Shown: positions 36,285-48,357, numbered from the stretch's first letter. The stretch is 64,000 nt of DNA from Verrucomicrobiota bacterium (GCA_018968815.1 JAGWZL010000002.1:20834-84833); one strand, 5' to 3'. Program-made: numbers and translations. Notes: generated by a model from the sequence alone, not told the origin.

Positions 36285-36994
36285 AGGCGCCTCAGATGAG
36301 GAGTGATGTCAAATTCTCTGTCTTTTAACAGAGCTTGAGGCACGCAATCTTCCAGTCGAAAACATCCCGAGCGGGTGCGGGTGAGCTCAAAAAGATGGGC
36401 GCCGCAACCTAACCCTTGCCCAAGATCGTGGGCCAGCGAGCGGATATAAGTCCCCTTCGAGCAGGTCACTTTGATGTCTACCATCGGATAGTTGTATTGC
36501 AGCAATTCAATCGCGACACGCACCAAAACAGGCTGTCTTTCGATCACAATGCCGCGCCGCGCGAGATCGTAGAGCTTTTTGCCGCCCACTTTTTTGGCCG
36601 AATACATCGGCGGCGTTTGCAAAATGTCCCCCTGAAAAGCGCTGAGCGCAAGCTCCACTTCCGCCAAGGTAGGCACTTTGTCACTGCGCTCCACAATGGC
36701 CCCTTCTAAATCATAGGTCTCTGTTGTCAGACCTAACTGAATGGTGGCTCTGTATTCTTTGTCGCTCGATAAAAATTCATGGCTGCGCCGCGTCATCTCT
36801 TTGCCGATGAGCATGACCATCACCCCCGTGGCAAATGGATCGAGGGTCCCCGCATGGCCAATCTTTTCGATCCCGGTGAGCCTACGGAGGAGAGACACCA
36901 GATAAAAAGAGGTGGACTGGGGCGCTTTATCGACTAGCAGAATGCCGTTAAGAATGTTGCTCACGCGAATTACGCTCTTTTTCGAGCTCTCCAA
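36281..36994 (-). CDS. truB: tRNA pseudouridine(55) synthase TruB
   Basis: GILLVDKAPQSTSF…GHAGTLDPFATGV. The start is uncertain (a possible GTG at 36964). Confidence 0.9.
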   Translation of the reverse strand: MESSKKSVIRVSNILNGILLVDKAPQSTSFYLVSLLRRLTGIEKIGHAGTLDPFATGVMVMLIGKEMTRRSHEFLSSDKEYRATIQLGLTTETYDLEGAIVERSDKVPTLAEVELALSAFQGDILQTPPMYSAKKVGGKKLYDLARRGIVIERQPVLVRVAIELLQYNYPMVDIKVTCSKGTYIRSLAHDLGQGLGCGAHLFELTRTRSGCFRLEDCVPQALLKDREFDITPHLRRL

Positions 36995-37319
36995 GAATTT
37001 GTTGGATTTTCATGTGTTCTTCGCTCGAGGTGTCGAGGCGAAATTGCAGCTCAGGGAAATAGCGCAGCTGCACCTTTTTCGCGGCATGAACCGCAATGAA
37101 CCCAGCTGCAGAATTGAGCGCCGCTAACACCCTCGATTTTTCCTCTTCAGAACAGATGAGGCTGACAAACACCTTGGCGTGATGCAAATCGGCAGAGGTG
37201 TCGACATGGGTGATCGAGACAAAAGTGGTCACATTGGGGTTGCGCACCTCTTTTTGCACCACCTCAAAGATCACCTCTTTGAGAAGAGAATTCACACGGG
37301 CGAGCCTGTTTTTTTTCAC
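36948..37319 (-). CDS. rbfA: ribosome-binding factor A
   Basis: RLARVNSLLKEVIFEVV…, a GTG start, and the conserved infB-rbfA-truB order. Confidence 0.85.
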   Translation of the reverse strand: MKKNRLARVNSLLKEVIFEVVQKEVRNPNVTTFVSITHVDTSADLHHAKVFVSLICSEEEKSRVLAALNSAAGFIAVHAAKKVQLRYFPELQFRLDTSSEEHMKIQQILGELEKERNSREQHS

Positions 37320-39655
37320 TATAGATCCTGCTCAAGATAGGTGATTTCATAAGCTTGCAGGAGATCGCCCTCTTTAATGTCCCCTTGGCCCTCTAAAAGA
37401 ATCCCGCATTCAAATCCTTTTTGCACCTCTTTCACATCTTCTTTCATCCGCTTTAAAGAGGCGATTTTCCCTTTCCAGATGATCTCGCCGTCGCGCACTT
37501 GGCGTACCAAATGCTGCCGCTTGATGTTCCCTTCGGTGATTTGGCAACCGGCAATGAGGCCGAGCTGCGAAGATTTAAAGACCGTTTTGACAAGAGCCTC
37601 TCCCGTATCGTTTTCTTGCTCGATCTTATCGAGCAGTTGACGCATCCGCTGTTTGACCTCATCAATGAGGTGGTAGATCACGTCTTGGGTATAGACAGGC
37701 ACTTTTTTCTGCTTGATCAAATCATCGGCGTGGCTCTCGATACTCGTGTGGAAACCCACGATCGTCGCTTTGGATGCGGCCGCAAGCGCGATATCCGATT
37801 CGGAGATTTCACCCACACCGTCGTTGACAATTTCGAGACGCACCTTGTCGGAGCGGATTTTGGAGAGCGATGTTTTGAGCGCCTCCAGCGAGCCTTGTAC
37901 GTCGGCGCGTAAGATGAGCGGCAAGATCTTCTTCTCGCCACTTTCTTTTTTCGCCATCATCTTCTCAAGGCTGCCCAATTTGGGTTTCGCAGCTGTCTCT
38001 CGTTTAAAGCCTTCGGCCCTTGCAGAGGCGAGTTCGCGCGCCTCTTTCTCATTTTTGACAACGATGAATTCATTGCCCGCTTCCGCCAATTCTGAAAGTC
38101 CTGTAATTTTCACGGGCGTTGAGGGGCCTGCCTCTTCAATCATTTTTCCATGATCGTCTTGCATGGTCTTGATTCTGCCTGAATAATGGCCAAACACAAT
38201 CGCATCGCCTTTGCGCAGGGTTCCGTTTTGCACGAGAACGGTCGCCACAGCGCCGAGACCTTTATGCATTTCTGATTCGAGCACGGTGCCGCGCGCTCTT
38301 GCCTTTGGATTGGCTCTCAGCTCGAGAATCTCCGCTTGCAGCGCGATCATCTCCAAAAGCTCTACGATCCCTTGGCCTGACACAGCCGAGCAATTCACGG
38401 TAATGGTGGTTCCACCCCACGCCTCCGGCAAAAGTTCCCGGTCGGCCAGATCCCGATACACTTTTTGCGCATCGAAGTTGGGCTTGTCGCATTTATTGAG
38501 GGCCACTAAGATCGGCACATTCGCTTCGCGAGCCTGCCGGATGGCCTCTTCTGTTTGGGCTCGAATCCCCTCATCGCCGGCAATGACGAGGATGACGATA
38601 TCGGTGACGTTTGCGCCTCTAGAACGCATTTCAAAAAAGGCTTCGTGACCTGGAGTGTCGAGAATCGCGACATCGCCCGCATTGGTCTTCACCCTGAAGG
38701 CGCCAATGTGTTGCGTAATCGCCCCCGCCTCGCCAGCCACTCGATTCGACTTGCGGATATAGTCGATGAGCGAGGTTTTGCCGTGATCGACGTGGCCCAT
38801 GAAGGCAACAACGGGACAGCGGAGCACGAGATCGTCTGCAGTCGTCGCATCGACCTCTTGTCGAATGGTCTGATCGGTAATCCGGATCCTCTCTTGTTCA
38901 GAGCGATCAATTTTGATCTCGCAGTCAAAATCGTGGCCCAAAAGCTGGACCACCGTCTCATCATCGAGGTAGTCGTTGAGCGTCAAGGTGATGCCCTGCA
39001 TGAACAGCTTGGCGATGAGTTGCGAGGCTTTCAGCTTCATCTCTTGCGCAAGGTCTTTGATGGTAATGGGCAGGCGTACCGTCAATGACTTGGGTCGAAT
39101 AATCTCTTCTTGTGCGGCTCTGCGCATCGGTTTGTGGGCGCGCCGTTTGCGCCACGCCTCGTTGTCGATGTCGCGCAGACCTTGTCTGTCGCGTGAATCG
39201 AAGCGGGTCTCTTCCTTGCGTTTGGCCAGGCGCAGTTCTTTCGCAGGCTCTTTGCGGGTCGCTCCAAGGGCCGGTTTAAAGGAAGGCGCTTCCACAACGG
39301 GTGCGGGGGAGGGCTTGACCTCGGCAGGTTTGGGGGGCTCTACTTTCTCTACGGCAGGCGGAGTTGTAGGGGAGAGCTCAACCTTCGGTTCCTCAGGCGC
39401 TGGCGCCACCGGCTCTTCTTCAACCGGTTCGGGCGCTCTCGTCGCCGCTTCTTCGGGATTGGCGATAATGCGCGCCCTTTTCTTTTTGGGCGGCTCGCTT
39501 TCTTTTTCTTTGACGGCCAAATCTTCTTTCAGACGAGACAATTTTTTCTTTGGCTCGGTGTCCTCAGGAACAGCGGCAGGCCCAATCTTTTTCTTCACCT
39601 TAAAGGCTTCGGCAAGCTGGGTGTTTTTAATATTTAATTTTAGATGTTTACCCAA
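37319..39655 (-). CDS. infB: translation initiation factor IF-2
   Basis: [13 protein letters not shown]-domain. TTG start. The N-terminus [10 protein letters not shown] resembles chlamydial IF2. Confidence 0.95.
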   Translation of the reverse strand: MGKHLKLNIKNTQLAEAFKVKKKIGPAAVPEDTEPKKKLSRLKEDLAVKEKESEPPKKKRARIIANPEEAATRAPEPVEEEPVAPAPEEPKVELSPTTPPAVEKVEPPKPAEVKPSPAPVVEAPSFKPALGATRKEPAKELRLAKRKEETRFDSRDRQGLRDIDNEAWRKRRAHKPMRRAAQEEIIRPKSLTVRLPITIKDLAQEMKLKASQLIAKLFMQGITLTLNDYLDDETVVQLLGHDFDCEIKIDRSEQERIRITDQTIRQEVDATTADDLVLRCPVVAFMGHVDHGKTSLIDYIRKSNRVAGEAGAITQHIGAFRVKTNAGDVAILDTPGHEAFFEMRSRGANVTDIVILVIAGDEGIRAQTEEAIRQAREANVPILVALNKCDKPNFDAQKVYRDLADRELLPEAWGGTTITVNCSAVSGQGIVELLEMIALQAEILELRANPKARARGTVLESEMHKGLGAVATVLVQNGTLRKGDAIVFGHYSGRIKTMQDDHGKMIEEAGPSTPVKITGLSELAEAGNEFIVVKNEKEARELASARAEGFKRETAAKPKLGSLEKMMAKKESGEKKILPLILRADVQGSLEALKTSLSKIRSDKVRLEIVNDGVGEISESDIALAAASKATIVGFHTSIESHADDLIKQKKVPVYTQDVIYHLIDEVKQRMRQLLDKIEQENDTGEALVKTVFKSSQLGLIAGCQITEGNIKRQHLVRQVRDGEIIWKGKIASLKRMKEDVKEVQKGFECGILLEGQGDIKEGDLLQAYEITYLEQDL

Positions 39656-39658
39656 CGA

Positions 39659-40933
39659 CTATCCCTTTTTTTTCTGAATTTGGTCCATTATGCGGCCGGC
39701 TAAATCGTAGTAATTGACGCCAGGTACTTTTGAAGAAATGTCTGCGGGAACGGCCTGCATAAATTTACGCAGCGTATCGTATCCTGCGCCAATCAAGCTT
39801 TCCAAAATCAGTCCGCTGACCCCTTCAATTTTCAACTTCTCATCAAAGGCCTCATTCTCAGATTCGCCGAGCTCTGCCATTTGAATGGTGAGAAGTTTTT
39901 GATATTCGCTGATCTTTTGTACGTCGATTTCTTTCCCAATCATCTGACCGATGAGCCTTGCATTCATCCCTTTTTTGCCGATGACCGTTGGATAATCTTC
40001 GTCCATGACCACCATCCACACGCGATCTGGGAGATCTTTCATTTTCCGGACCACGGCAGGCGCCAAAAGATTTTCGAGCAGTTGAATCGGATCGTCTGAG
40101 TAGGGCACTACATCGATCTTTTCGTTATTGAGCTCTCGAATGATGTTCTTGATGCGCGTTCCACGCACGCCCACACAGGTTCCTACAGGATCGACTTTTG
40201 GATCGTAAGAGCGCACGGCCAGTTTGGTTCTGTAGCCTGGATCGCGAACAATCTTTTCGATGGAGACCGTTTTGTCGTGCAATTCGGGCACTTCCTGCTC
40301 AAATAATTGCTTGACAAACTCGGGGTGGCTGCGAGTCAGGATGACTTCCGCCCCGCCCATATCGGTATCGCGCACTTCTAAGAGAAGCGCTTGCACCTTT
40401 TCGCCCGGATTATACCGTTCCAACTTAGGGTAGTTGCGTTCGGGGAGGATCGCTTCCACTTTCCCGAGGTCGACCACGATGGTTCTGCCTCTGATGAAGC
40501 GTTTGACGGTACCGGAGATGATCTCTCCGGCCCGGTGACGGTATTCCTCATAAATCACGTCCCGTTCCGCTCCTTTGAGCTTCTGGGTGATGATTTGTCT
40601 CGCCGCTTGAGCCGCAATCCGTCCGAAATCTTGCGGGGTAATCGAAATCTCCAGCCACTGCCCGACTCCGCATTCGGGCTCAAGGGCCCGCGCATCGGCC
40701 AGGGAGATTTCATCGGCAGGGTGTTCGACTTTTTCGACGATCTTTTTCTGGGTGAAGACCTCAATTTCCCCTGTTTTCGGGTTGATCTCCACGCTGACTT
40801 TTTCGCCTAAACCTTTGACGCTTTTGCGGGCAGCTGCTCGAAGGGAGTCTGCAATCGCATTGATGACAATCTCCCGTTTGATCCCTTTTTCGCGCTCTAG
40901 GTATTCAAAAATCGCAATGAGGTCCTTATTCAT
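39659..40933 (-). CDS. nusA: transcription termination/antitermination factor NusA
   Basis: S1 and KH domains with a NusA-like N-terminus (…[10 protein letters not shown]…). Confidence 0.95.
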   Translation of the reverse strand: MNKDLIAIFEYLEREKGIKREIVINAIADSLRAAARKSVKGLGEKVSVEINPKTGEIEVFTQKKIVEKVEHPADEISLADARALEPECGVGQWLEISITPQDFGRIAAQAARQIITQKLKGAERDVIYEEYRHRAGEIISGTVKRFIRGRTIVVDLGKVEAILPERNYPKLERYNPGEKVQALLLEVRDTDMGGAEVILTRSHPEFVKQLFEQEVPELHDKTVSIEKIVRDPGYRTKLAVRSYDPKVDPVGTCVGVRGTRIKNIIRELNNEKIDVVPYSDDPIQLLENLLAPAVVRKMKDLPDRVWMVVMDEDYPTVIGKKGMNARLIGQMIGKEIDVQKISEYQKLLTIQMAELGESENEAFDEKLKIEGVSGLILESLIGAGYDTLRKFMQAVPADISSKVPGVNYYDLAGRIMDQIQKKKG

Positions 40934-42689
40934 CGATTTCCTCGTCTTCCTCTTCTCGCTCTTCTCGGGAAGCTTTTTTCTTTTTCTTTTTAGATTTTTG
41001 ACCGACGACGATATCGTCTCGGTTCAATTGGTTCTTCTCAATCAAATATTCTTTAATAGAGAGGGCAATCTTCTTGTGTTCTGGATCGAGTTTGATCACT
41101 TTTGCGGTGACTGTATCGCCTTTTTGGATCACATCTTCGACCTTCGCAAAGGGTTGATCGGACAGTTCGGTCACGTGAATCAACGCTTCGATGCCGTTGT
41201 CGAGCTGAACAAACGCGCCGAACGCGGTTGTTTTGGTCACAACGCCATGCACGAGCGTTCCTACAGGCAAGGTCTTCTCAATGGTTTCCCAAGGATTGAC
41301 GCTGAGCTGTTTGACGCCGAGGGTGATTTTTTTGCTCTCCTTATCTACAGAGAGAATGATCGCCTCTACTTTGTCGCCCTTTTTCAGGACTTCGGAGGGG
41401 TGAGAGACCTTTTTAATCCAGCTCAAGTCAGAGATATGGATGAGGCCGTCTACGCCGGGCTCGAGTTCGACAAAGGCGCCGTAGTTGGTCAGGTTGCGGA
41501 TCTCGGCGATGACACTGCTGCTCACCGGATATTTTTTCTCCACATCTTCCCAAGGGTTGCGCTCGGTTTGTTTAATGCCCAAAGAGATTTTGCCCTCTTC
41601 TTTTTGAACGGAGAGGACAATGGCCTCCACTTCATCGCCTACATTGACCATTTCGCTAGGCTCGGTGATGTTTTTCGTCCAGGACATTTCTGAAACGTGG
41701 ATCAGCCCTTCGATGCCGGGCTCAATTTCGATAAAGGCGCCGTAGGAGACCAGATTGACGATCTTCCCGCGCACTCGAGTGCCGAGGGGATATCGCTTCT
41801 CGATTTCTTCCCATGGGTTTTCCTCTTTTTGTTTGAGGCCCAAGGCGACTCTTCCTTTCTCTCGATCGACGTGGAGAATGACCACATCGAGCTCTTGTCC
41901 CATTTGGACGAGCTCGGATGGGTGTTTGATTCGTTTCCAGGTCATGTCGGTGATGTGCAGAAGTCCGTCGATGCCGTCGAGATCGAGGAAGACGCCGAAG
42001 TCGGTGACGTTTTTCACAACGCCTGTGCGTACTTCGCCTTCTTTGATGTTTTCGAGCAGTTCGGCCTTTTTCGAGACGCGCTCTTCTTCGAGCAGCTCTC
42101 TGCGGGATACGACAATGTTTTTTCTCTCAATATTGATTTTGAGGATTTTGAAATCATAGGTTTTGCCGACAAAGTCATCTAAATTCTTGATGCGCTTGTT
42201 GTCGATTTGCGAGCCGGGCAAGAAGGCCTCCATGCCGATATCGACCATGAGACCGCCTTTGACTTTGCGGATCACTTTGCCTTTGACGATAGAGCCCTCT
42301 TTGCAATGGTTGACGATATGTTCCCACTGTCTAAACTTGCGCGCCTTGTCTTTGGAAAGGACGATCTGGCCGTCGTCGCCTTCGGCTGCGTCGAGGTATA
42401 CTTCGGTTTCGCCGCCGAGGATGATTTCTTCGGGTTCGGCGAATTCTGCGATGGGTACAAGGCCTTCCGATTTGAGACCCACATCCACCACGATGTAGTC
42501 TTTGGTGATTTCAACGATTCGCCCTTTTAAAATTTGTCCTACATTTAAGAGGGACAGGGTGTTTTCCGATTCCGCTTTTTTTCCGTAAAGAAGATCGCGG
42601 AACTGACGGGCTTCGTGTTCTTGGAAATCGACATCGTCGAGAACGTTACTGCTATTCCAATCGTGGTTAGGGGTGGGGTTTTTAGACAT
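40926..42689 (-). CDS. rpsA: 30S ribosomal protein S1
   Basis: Six S1 repeats in a 587-aa protein. Confidence 0.95.
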   Translation of the reverse strand: MSKNPTPNHDWNSSNVLDDVDFQEHEARQFRDLLYGKKAESENTLSLLNVGQILKGRIVEITKDYIVVDVGLKSEGLVPIAEFAEPEEIILGGETEVYLDAAEGDDGQIVLSKDKARKFRQWEHIVNHCKEGSIVKGKVIRKVKGGLMVDIGMEAFLPGSQIDNKRIKNLDDFVGKTYDFKILKINIERKNIVVSRRELLEEERVSKKAELLENIKEGEVRTGVVKNVTDFGVFLDLDGIDGLLHITDMTWKRIKHPSELVQMGQELDVVILHVDREKGRVALGLKQKEENPWEEIEKRYPLGTRVRGKIVNLVSYGAFIEIEPGIEGLIHVSEMSWTKNITEPSEMVNVGDEVEAIVLSVQKEEGKISLGIKQTERNPWEDVEKKYPVSSSVIAEIRNLTNYGAFVELEPGVDGLIHISDLSWIKKVSHPSEVLKKGDKVEAIILSVDKESKKITLGVKQLSVNPWETIEKTLPVGTLVHGVVTKTTAFGAFVQLDNGIEALIHVTELSDQPFAKVEDVIQKGDTVTAKVIKLDPEHKKIALSIKEYLIEKNQLNRDDIVVGQKSKKKKKKASREEREEEDEEIDE

Positions 42690-42825
42690 GGGTTTTGGGT
42701 TTCTCCTGTTTATAAAAAAGACAAAGCCGCTGCGACAGATAGTGGCAGAATACGACTCTGTCTGGTTAAAGGAAAAAGGTTAACAGTAGGGGAGAATAAA
42801 TGCAAGGAGTTCCCAGAATTAAAGC

Positions 42826-42906
42826 AAAATTTGGGCCCGGTTCAAAGTTGGGTAACAGTTTTTTTCAAAAAACTGTTGCTCAACTTTGAACCGGGCCCAA
42901 AATTTT
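42826..42906. repeat. 81-bp near-perfect palindrome in the rpsA/43146 divergent intergenic region
   Basis: aaaatttgggcccggttcaaagttgggtaacagttttt - ttc - aaaaactgttgctcaactttgaaccgggcccaaaatttt. Confidence 0.8.
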
Positions 42907-43145
42907 ATGAGATCGGTTCCGATCCCACCTCGCAAAAGAATAATTACGAATTTCTAAATGTTTTTTTTTTTTGAAATTTATTGCACACTTTTTTGTCTAT
43001 GCATCCACCTGTGGACGAGTGATTTTCGAAAAATCATTTCATGCAAAACTAAATCGAAAAAATTGTTAAACAAAATTTTTTCTTTATTTTTTTAAACGTA
43101 TTTCGATAGATTGAAAATTTCTAACATGAGCGATGAGGAGCCAAC

Positions 43146-45014
43146 ATGTTTGCACAATTAGAAGAGCAACTGGAATTTGAGTTTCAGTTCGCTTGCCCTT
43201 ATATTGAAGCGGAGTATTACCGCGAAGGGGCGCAAGATCTGATTCGCAGGCTGGTGCCCAACGACCTTTTAGAAGAGGGGGGGGTGGATTTGCCCTTGCA
43301 AAGAGCCCGCTTCGCAGACATTTTGCCGCTCATCAGCTGGTCTGAACTGACCAAGGCGCCTTGTGCTTTATCTGTTTTACTCCTTTGTAAATACAGGCTC
43401 AACGCGTGCCACTTCTTTTATGATATGGTGAGCCGTTGGCTATTGCCCCAAAAAAGGGTCAATGTAGAACTTTTTTTTGCCTCCGATGTGCGCCTGCCCC
43501 ATCTTTCTGACGATCTCCTTTGCGTGGCCGAGATTGTCGTCCATTTAAAAAGTGCGGCCGATGTGGAAGAGGTGCGCCGCAATTTGCATGCGATCGAAAC
43601 CGAAATCCGACTCGGCGTCGTCTCCAATTATCATGCGCGCAGAATCTTGGAATTCAAAGGTCTTTCTACCGACGGAAAAACGGCGATGATTCAAGAAAAG
43701 ATCGGGTCGCTCATTCAAAGCCATTCTAAAGATTTTGATCAGGGCATTTTTTCTCAAATGCAGCAGTTTCTGATTTGCGTGCGAGAGGATTTTAAAACGC
43801 TGCGCGATTATCACCATATTAGCCGCATTATTTCGAATCTGCACAGTTTGCGCAAATTCATCAAACAAAACGTTCTCGCATATCCAAATAAACGGCATGT
43901 GATTTTCAAATTCTTAAAAACCAAACTGACGCACACGGGGCAACGAGAAAAGCCGGTGTTAGGCGTGCTGGCCGCGCTCAATTTTTTGCGCGAGCATGAA
44001 GTGTTTGAAATCGCCCATTTAATGAGCGCCATTCAGAAAAACTTGCCGCGCGTCAAATTGGTAGAGGGTTCTTCCTTTGTCGATCGCGCCGAAGAGAAGA
44101 CTCTGTATTTAGAGATTGAAAAACCTGAGGGGACCGATTTCACATTAGAAGAGATTCAGCTGCTTAAAATCTCTTTGCCCGATCAAGTGAAGGGGCATAT
44201 CGAGCAGCTGGCCCATCCCATTTTTATGCCGCGCAATGAAGAAGAGGTGCTCCGCAACATTATGGCGCTCTCTCGACAGCTCCGTTTTGTGGGCGATTTG
44301 CCGCACATCATCATTTCTTTCGACGAGCAAAAAGGGGATGATCTTTGCTTTTCGGTGATCCTATTGCGCGTGATTGGAGAAAGCGAGCCGAGTTTGCAAG
44401 AGCTTTTCCAAAGCAAGAAATCGCCTTTAAAATACATCCCAGATCGAGTGCGCCGAGTGGGCCATGTGCGCCGCAAATACGTGAAAGAGGCGACTGTCTT
44501 CCGGACGAAATTGCCAAGCACTCAATTCTTGCGCTCCGATCGTTCGGTGGATCTCATCAAAGCGCGCAGCTTTATTTTGGCGGAAGTGGCCAACGTGGTG
44601 GGCGAGGTGAGAGATTATAATGGCGGCATGATTTTCAAACTCAATGAATCGCTCTCTTGTCTCAAAAATGTGTTGGGCAAACAGGCCGATCCGATTTTGC
44701 TTGAGAAGTTTTTTTATTCGATCGTGCCCATTGAAATGCGCAGCAGTTTGGAAACCGAGCCGCTGAAACAATTTTATCTCACGCTGATGCAGTCGGTCAA
44801 AAGCGAGTCGCTCCAAGTGCGTCAAGAGCCGACGCGGATTTATGTGGCGGCGCCGAAGAAAAAGCGGACGTTGGAATTTTCTGCGCCGCCGCACCAACTC
44901 GTTTCTTTTCAGATGGACATCCACGATGTAGCGTACATGGGATATTTGTTTGTCTCTGACTCGAAAGAAGAGCAAAGCGCATTTCTGGCAGCGATGGAGC
45001 GCGCTTTTCTTTAA
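43146..45014 (+). CDS. hypothetical protein (622 aa)
   Basis: Long ORF with a GAGGAG sequence upstream and an AT-rich promoter region. No family recognised. Confidence 0.6.
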   Translation: MFAQLEEQLEFEFQFACPYIEAEYYREGAQDLIRRLVPNDLLEEGGVDLPLQRARFADILPLISWSELTKAPCALSVLLLCKYRLNACHFFYDMVSRWLLPQKRVNVELFFASDVRLPHLSDDLLCVAEIVVHLKSAADVEEVRRNLHAIETEIRLGVVSNYHARRILEFKGLSTDGKTAMIQEKIGSLIQSHSKDFDQGIFSQMQQFLICVREDFKTLRDYHHISRIISNLHSLRKFIKQNVLAYPNKRHVIFKFLKTKLTHTGQREKPVLGVLAALNFLREHEVFEIAHLMSAIQKNLPRVKLVEGSSFVDRAEEKTLYLEIEKPEGTDFTLEEIQLLKISLPDQVKGHIEQLAHPIFMPRNEEEVLRNIMALSRQLRFVGDLPHIIISFDEQKGDDLCFSVILLRVIGESEPSLQELFQSKKSPLKYIPDRVRRVGHVRRKYVKEATVFRTKLPSTQFLRSDRSVDLIKARSFILAEVANVVGEVRDYNGGMIFKLNESLSCLKNVLGKQADPILLEKFFYSIVPIEMRSSLETEPLKQFYLTLMQSVKSESLQVRQEPTRIYVAAPKKKRTLEFSAPPHQLVSFQMDIHDVAYMGYLFVSDSKEEQSAFLAAMERAFL

Positions 45015-45028
45015 TCGCGAAGTTCAAT

Positions 45029-45742
45029 ATGATGTCGGGAATGGCGCCATTTCCGATTCAAATCTATCCATCGATTTTATCAGGAGATTTTGGGAGACTT
45101 GCCGATGAAGCAAAGCGCCTCGAACTGGCAGGCGCGGATGCGATTCATGTCGACATCATGGATGGACATTTTGTTCCTAATTTAACATTAGGTCCGCGCG
45201 CACTCGCCGCCATCCGCAGAGCGACCCGTCTTTTTCTCGATGTCCACATCATGATTTATAATCCATTCGATTTTATCGAAGTGTTGGTGCAGTCAGGCGC
45301 CGATCGGATCACCTTCCATTTTGAAGCGACAGAAGATGTGGAAGATACCATCGCTTTCATCCGCAAATGCGGAAAAAAAGCGGGACTTGCTTTCCGTCCC
45401 GAAACCTCTTTCTCGATGGTGCCCAAGTATCTCGACCAATGCGATCTCATCTTGCTCATGACGGTTAGTCCCGGATTTGGCGGGCAACAGTTTATGCCGG
45501 AGGTGCTAGAGAAAGTGAAACTCGCGCGCACTGCTTGTGAAAAGCGGGGGATTCATCAAGGAGGCATCATCAAGCCTGGCGTCGCTCTTCCCCCCTTTGA
45601 TATCCAAGTCGATGGCGGCATCAATGCTGAAACAGCGCCGCTTTGCGTGAAGGCGGGCGCCAATGTGCTGGTGAGCGGCGATTATTTATTCCGTCAGCCA
45701 GATATGAAAAAAGCGATAGAAGGATTGCGCGGCAGTTCATGA
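45029..45742 (+). CDS. rpe: ribulose-phosphate 3-epimerase
   Basis: IYPSILSGDF…HVDIMDGHFVPN…VDGGI. Confidence 0.9.
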   Translation: MMSGMAPFPIQIYPSILSGDFGRLADEAKRLELAGADAIHVDIMDGHFVPNLTLGPRALAAIRRATRLFLDVHIMIYNPFDFIEVLVQSGADRITFHFEATEDVEDTIAFIRKCGKKAGLAFRPETSFSMVPKYLDQCDLILLMTVSPGFGGQQFMPEVLEKVKLARTACEKRGIHQGGIIKPGVALPPFDIQVDGGINAETAPLCVKAGANVLVSGDYLFRQPDMKKAIEGLRGSS

Positions 45743-46716
45743 ATCGAGCTTCAGTGAAGAAAGTGGTTGTGATCGGAGGCGGGACGGGAAATTTTGTGGT
45801 CCTGAAAGGGCTCAAAAAATATCCCCTCGATCTCACAGCGATTGTGTCCATGGCGGATGATGGGGGAAGCACAGGCATTTTGCGCGATGAACTGGGCGTT
45901 TTGCCGCCTGGAGATGTCAGACAGTGTCTGGTCGCGCTCTCCAATTCGAGCCGTCTGATGCGCTCGCTCATGAATTACCGCTTTGAAAATGGAGGGCTCG
46001 GCGGGCACTCTTTTGGCAATTTGCTCCTCTCCGCTTTGGAAAAGGTGACCGGTAGTTTTGAAAAAGCGGTCGAAGAGGCGGGGAAGATCCTTTATATTCG
46101 GGGAAAAGTGATTCCTGTCACGACGCACCAAGTGCGGCTCAAAATGGTGCTCAACAACCGAAAAGTTCTCGAAGGAGAAAAAGAGGTCTACCTCTCTAAA
46201 GAGATCGATCAAGGCTACAAGACAATTTATTTGGAGCCTTTCCCCAAAGTCAATCCCAGAGTCATTGAAGAGATTCAAACGGCCGATCTGATTGTCATCG
46301 GGCCAGGTGGATTGCACACTTCGCTCATCCCCAACTTGCTCGTCGAAGGAGTGTGCGAGGCGATTGCACAAAGCGATGCCAAGAAAGTGTACGTGGTCAA
46401 TTTAATGAATCGGAAAGGGCAAACAACCGGTTATAAAACTTCTAATTATCTGGGTGAACTCGTTCGATATATGGGCAAAGATTTGTTCGATCATATTTTG
46501 ATCAACGTGCAAAAACCAGCTAAAGAGCTCATTGATGTATATGCCGAAGAGGGGGATCTCGTTGAGAATGATCTGGACGATGAACGAGTTGTGAAGGCCG
46601 ATCTATTAGGCCGCTTGGCTCAAGAGTCGAAGCGCGATTTTCTGAAGCGCAATTTGATCCGGCACGATTCGAAGAAATTGGCAGAGGAGTTAATTAAGAT
46701 TGTTGATCATCTTTGA
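45739..46716 (+). CDS. YvcK/CofD-like (UPF0052) gluconeogenesis factor family protein
   Basis: ATGA overlap with rpe. VVVIGGGTGNFVVLKGLK…MADDGGSTG…GPGGLHTSLIPNLL. Confidence 0.85.
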   Translation: MNRASVKKVVVIGGGTGNFVVLKGLKKYPLDLTAIVSMADDGGSTGILRDELGVLPPGDVRQCLVALSNSSRLMRSLMNYRFENGGLGGHSFGNLLLSALEKVTGSFEKAVEEAGKILYIRGKVIPVTTHQVRLKMVLNNRKVLEGEKEVYLSKEIDQGYKTIYLEPFPKVNPRVIEEIQTADLIVIGPGGLHTSLIPNLLVEGVCEAIAQSDAKKVYVVNLMNRKGQTTGYKTSNYLGELVRYMGKDLFDHILINVQKPAKELIDVYAEEGDLVENDLDDERVVKADLLGRLAQESKRDFLKRNLIRHDSKKLAEELIKIVDHL

Positions 46717-47353
46717 TCTCGACGATACGTTAATTGATACATCTGGGGCCATCACTCCTTATAAATTGCGCAAGTGTTTGGAGGGGTTTGTGGCTGCGGG
46801 TCTTCAATTGGGTGATTTTGAGACCCATTTGCAGCAGCTGATTCAAATCAATGAGGAGGCGAGCGGATCGAAGGAGGCCCTCCGTGAATTTTTGTTGCGT
46901 CAGGGGGGATCTTCGACGCTTTTATCGGCTGCGTTGCAGGAGATGACGCGGCCTTTGCCTGCTGGGTTTGTTGTTCCGACCACGCCTCATGCGAAGGAAA
47001 TTTTGAAAATTTGCTCGCAAAAGCACCGTGTGGCGCTTGTCACGGGGGGTCATCCCCCTTTTCAGATGGAGAAGCTGGAAAAAGCTGGTATTGATAGGTC
47101 GTTTTTTAGTAAGATAGCAATCCCGGAAGATTCTATAAAAAAACCTTTTTACGAGGCTTTGTTAAGAGAATTTTCAATCAGGCCGCAAGAAGTTGTGGTG
47201 TGTGGAGACCGGATTGCGATGGATTTGGCGCCGGCCCATGCGCTGGGCTGTCAAACGGTGCATATGCGATGGGGAAGGGGAAAAAAGCTGGCAACGGAAC
47301 AGTGGGTGACCCACTCGATTGTTGAATTAAGCGAGTTAACACGGATTATATAA
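46700..47353 (+). CDS. HAD superfamily hydrolase
   Basis: IIFDLDDTLIDT motif I and GDR..MDL motif IV. TTG start with a GAGGAG sequence upstream. Confidence 0.7.
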   Translation: MLIIFDLDDTLIDTSGAITPYKLRKCLEGFVAAGLQLGDFETHLQQLIQINEEASGSKEALREFLLRQGGSSTLLSAALQEMTRPLPAGFVVPTTPHAKEILKICSQKHRVALVTGGHPPFQMEKLEKAGIDRSFFSKIAIPEDSIKKPFYEALLREFSIRPQEVVVCGDRIAMDLAPAHALGCQTVHMRWGRGKKLATEQWVTHSIVELSELTRII

Positions 47354-47356
47354 GGT

Positions 47357-47908
47357 ATGACAACAGCGAATCAGATTACGCCGGGCATGACGCTCAATAT
47401 TGATGGCAAGATTTTCCGGGTGGAGTCGAGTGTCAAGGTGACAGCTCCGAAGGGGACGCCGTTCATTAAGACGAAGCTGCGCAATTTGATCACAGATGAG
47501 ACGATTGAAAAGAATTTCAAGCTCGATCAAATCGTGCAAGAGGTGTCGCTGCTCGAACGGAACCTAGAGTTTTTATATCCGGAAGGGAAGGAATATCTTT
47601 TTCTCGACGTCGGCAATTTAGAGCAAGTGCTGGTCCCTTCAGCGATTCTCTCTGATAAGGTGGACTACCTCAAAGAGGGGATTCAGGTCAAGGCGATGTT
47701 CTATGGCGAGACGATTTTCGCTGTCGAGCTGCCTCAATTTTTAGAGATTATGGTGGTCAAAACGGAAGGGGCTGAAACGGCGGCGGAGCAGGCGACCAAA
47801 AAAGCGGTATTGGAAACGGGTGCGAAGATCGATGTGCCTTTATTTATTGAAAGTGGCGATGTGATCAAAGTGGACACCCAAGTGAACGAATATATACAAC
47901 GAGTTTAA
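47357..47908 (+). CDS. efp: elongation factor P
   Basis: 183 aa with an EF-P-like sequence (…TAPKGTPFIKTKLRN…). Confidence 0.9.
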   Translation: MTTANQITPGMTLNIDGKIFRVESSVKVTAPKGTPFIKTKLRNLITDETIEKNFKLDQIVQEVSLLERNLEFLYPEGKEYLFLDVGNLEQVLVPSAILSDKVDYLKEGIQVKAMFYGETIFAVELPQFLEIMVVKTEGAETAAEQATKKAVLETGAKIDVPLFIESGDVIKVDTQVNEYIQRV

Positions 47909-47910
47909 AA

Positions 47911-48357
47911 GTGGAACTTGAGCAAATTAAAGAACTGATGCGCTGTCTTGAGGAGAGCAAGCTGTCCAAGCTTGTCTATAAAAAAGGGGACGTTGAGCTC
48001 CATCTTGAGAAGGAGTCGTTTGCCGCTCCCATGCCGCGGCCTCGCACAGTTCCTGCTGAAACAGAGTCGGCCTTTCAATCTGAAGTTCCCTTGAAGGGAG
48101 AGAGGGGGGGCAATGTAGCTCCTGGCACGTATGTGACCTCTCCGATGGTGGGCACTTTTTATGCATCGCCCGGACCGGATCAGCCGGTGTTTGTGAAGGT
48201 GGGTGACTCTGTAGATGAAAATACAGTGGTTTGCATTGTTGAGGCGATGAAGGTGTTGAATGAGGTGAAAGCGGGCATCAGCGGCACTGTGGCAGAAATC
48301 CTTGCTGAGAACGCGCAAGCGGTCGAATTTGGAACCCGTCTTTTGCGGATTGTCTAA
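47911..48357 (+). CDS. accB: biotin carboxyl carrier protein AccB
   Basis: CIVEAMKVLNEV biotinylation motif. GTG start. Confidence 0.9.
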   Translation: MELEQIKELMRCLEESKLSKLVYKKGDVELHLEKESFAAPMPRPRTVPAETESAFQSEVPLKGERGGNVAPGTYVTSPMVGTFYASPGPDQPVFVKVGDSVDENTVVCIVEAMKVLNEVKAGISGTVAEILAENAQAVEFGTRLLRIV

